Positions 62,690 to 64,000 of a stretch of 64,000 nucleotides of DNA are shown here, piece after piece (positions within the stretch are counted from its first letter, which is position 1; each line of letters begins with the position of its first letter). Both the position numbers and the translations under genes were made by a program. Origin of the DNA: Lama glama (taxonomy: Eukaryota). The stretch spans positions 40,860,001 to 40,924,000 of the forward strand of contig CM052817.1 of assembly GCA_028534125.1 (NCBI GenBank), read 5' to 3'. Below the pieces are notes generated by a model. That model had not been told where the DNA came from and ran no database searches. It was given only the letters and a program-made list of their open reading frames with translations.

Positions 62690-63039
62690 TGTGACGGGGG
62701 TCGAACCTGGCGGGCTGGATTGGTGCCCAGGCTCCTCCTTGTCAGCTGGTCTTTGGAAGGGGTCCACCGATGGAGGAAACTGGAGGTTGTGGGGAGGATG
62801 GAAGAGGCAGGGCCCTGGCTCCTCCGGGGCACCCCTGCTGCCGCCTCCTGCCTTCATCGTCTAGCCTGCGGCTGGTCGTGGCTTTCAGCTGCTGTAAACT
62901 CTGGGCTGCCTCGCTCTCCTGTCTGGTTACTCAGCAGCTCTTCCATCGCGGTGCCACTGCCTGTCTTCCTCTTTCGGAAGTCCCTGTTGTAGGTGTGTAC
63001 TGTGGTTTCTCATTTCCTCATTAGACCTTGATTGATACA
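62690..63039 (+). mobile_element. Decayed ERVL-type LTR
   Basis: Ends gtggtttctcatttcctcattagaccttgattgataca. Confidence 0.45.
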
Positions 63040-63611
63040 GGTCTCAGTTCTCAGGGATGATTGCCAACAGAATGAACCATCATCTTTGTGAGAATTTTCA
63101 GAAAATTAACGTTCATAGAATTTACATTACTTTAGACCTTGAGGAACAGGGTACTATGGGAAAAGTGAGAAAATAATTGTATCATTTTGTAGGCAGGTAC
63201 TTCTGATGAACTATTTTATACACTGCTATCAAATGAGACGTGTTAATTGCATCGACCTGTGAGTTTCTTTATTGTCCACCTTGGATTTATAGCACTTTGT
63301 AATTAATGAAGGATATTAAGTGGTATAAAGTGACACTGCTAAAATGTATTAATTGAAGTATTTAAAAGTTTATACCTAAAAGCACAATATCTTTGTCCTC
63401 ATCTGAGGCAGACACACTTCTTGGTAGTATTGCTAGAAGATCGACTGAGAGATAAGTTTACATGATGTTTCTGAAACACAGGAAGAATGTCTATCCCGGA
63501 TAAGTGGCCAGCATTAATAAGTAAGTGGTTAGTATGTCGTGTCTGCATTTCTTTAGCTACATGGTGTTCTGCAGTGGGAAAACACCAGACTAGGAATCAT
63601 GAACTATGGAT

Positions 63612-64000
63612 CTTATCTTGGGTAGGGTTCACTAGAGACAGGGATGTGTGAATGATTTATTGAGTGAAGGACTTGTAAGGAAGTGAGAACGGGGCAGGGC
63701 AGGGGAAGAAGATAAGCAAAGATGTGTTTCAACTGAAATCTAGCCTCATCCTGATCACACGGGGAGCTTGGGGGCATGAATAACACCAAGAGAAGTCCCA
63801 TCCTGAGATGAGGTGGCTGGGCTTTGGTGGCCCTTTGTCAGTGATTAACTCCGGGAGGCCCTAGAGTAGGGTGGAAGTACACGCCCTCCCAGGCATCGAT
63901 GTCCACGGACGGCAATTCTCTGGAGAAAGGTGTAGCTGTGAGCTCTTAGCAGCAACACCTAGAGCAGCTGAGAGATGGAGAAACTGACCTGATAAAGGAG
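63612..64000 (-). mobile_element. ERVL-type LTR (LTR16-like), running off the window
   Basis: tcttgggtagggttc...gatttattgag...tctagcctcatcctgatcacacggggagct. Confidence 0.55.

Noticed and set aside
1..64000. CRISPR arrays, operons or prokaryotic defence systems
   Set aside because: The sequence is clearly mammalian. No regularly spaced repeat-spacer array or gene-dense coding structure was seen.

Overview
Mammalian nuclear DNA, most likely camelid (alpaca/llama/camel), judged from two tRNA-Ala-like SINEs resembling vic-1 and three copies of a young L1 3'UTR. The window looks like intronic or intergenic sequence packed with decayed transposable elements: L1, L2, MIR, MaLR/ERVL/ERV1 LTRs, and hAT-Charlie and TcMar fossils. 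It also holds microsatellites and two assembly gaps. No intact protein-coding gene was recognised. Almost all listed ORFs are spurious, apart from an L1 ORF2 C-terminus and pieces of a retroviral env. Up to three short + strand candidate exons hint at a large host gene I could not name. The most notable items are a decayed gamma-type retroviral env (~26.2-27.0 kb, minus), a tailless 5S rRNA retrocopy with a perfect 16-bp target-site duplication (TSD) at 57.5 kb, a ~113-bp inverted local duplication inside an MLT2 LTR (43.9-44.5 kb), and a near-consensus CTCF motif in an ERVL-type LTR. I found no convincing evidence of a novel biological system. Repeat family names come from recalled consensus sequences, not database searches, and most boundaries are approximate.
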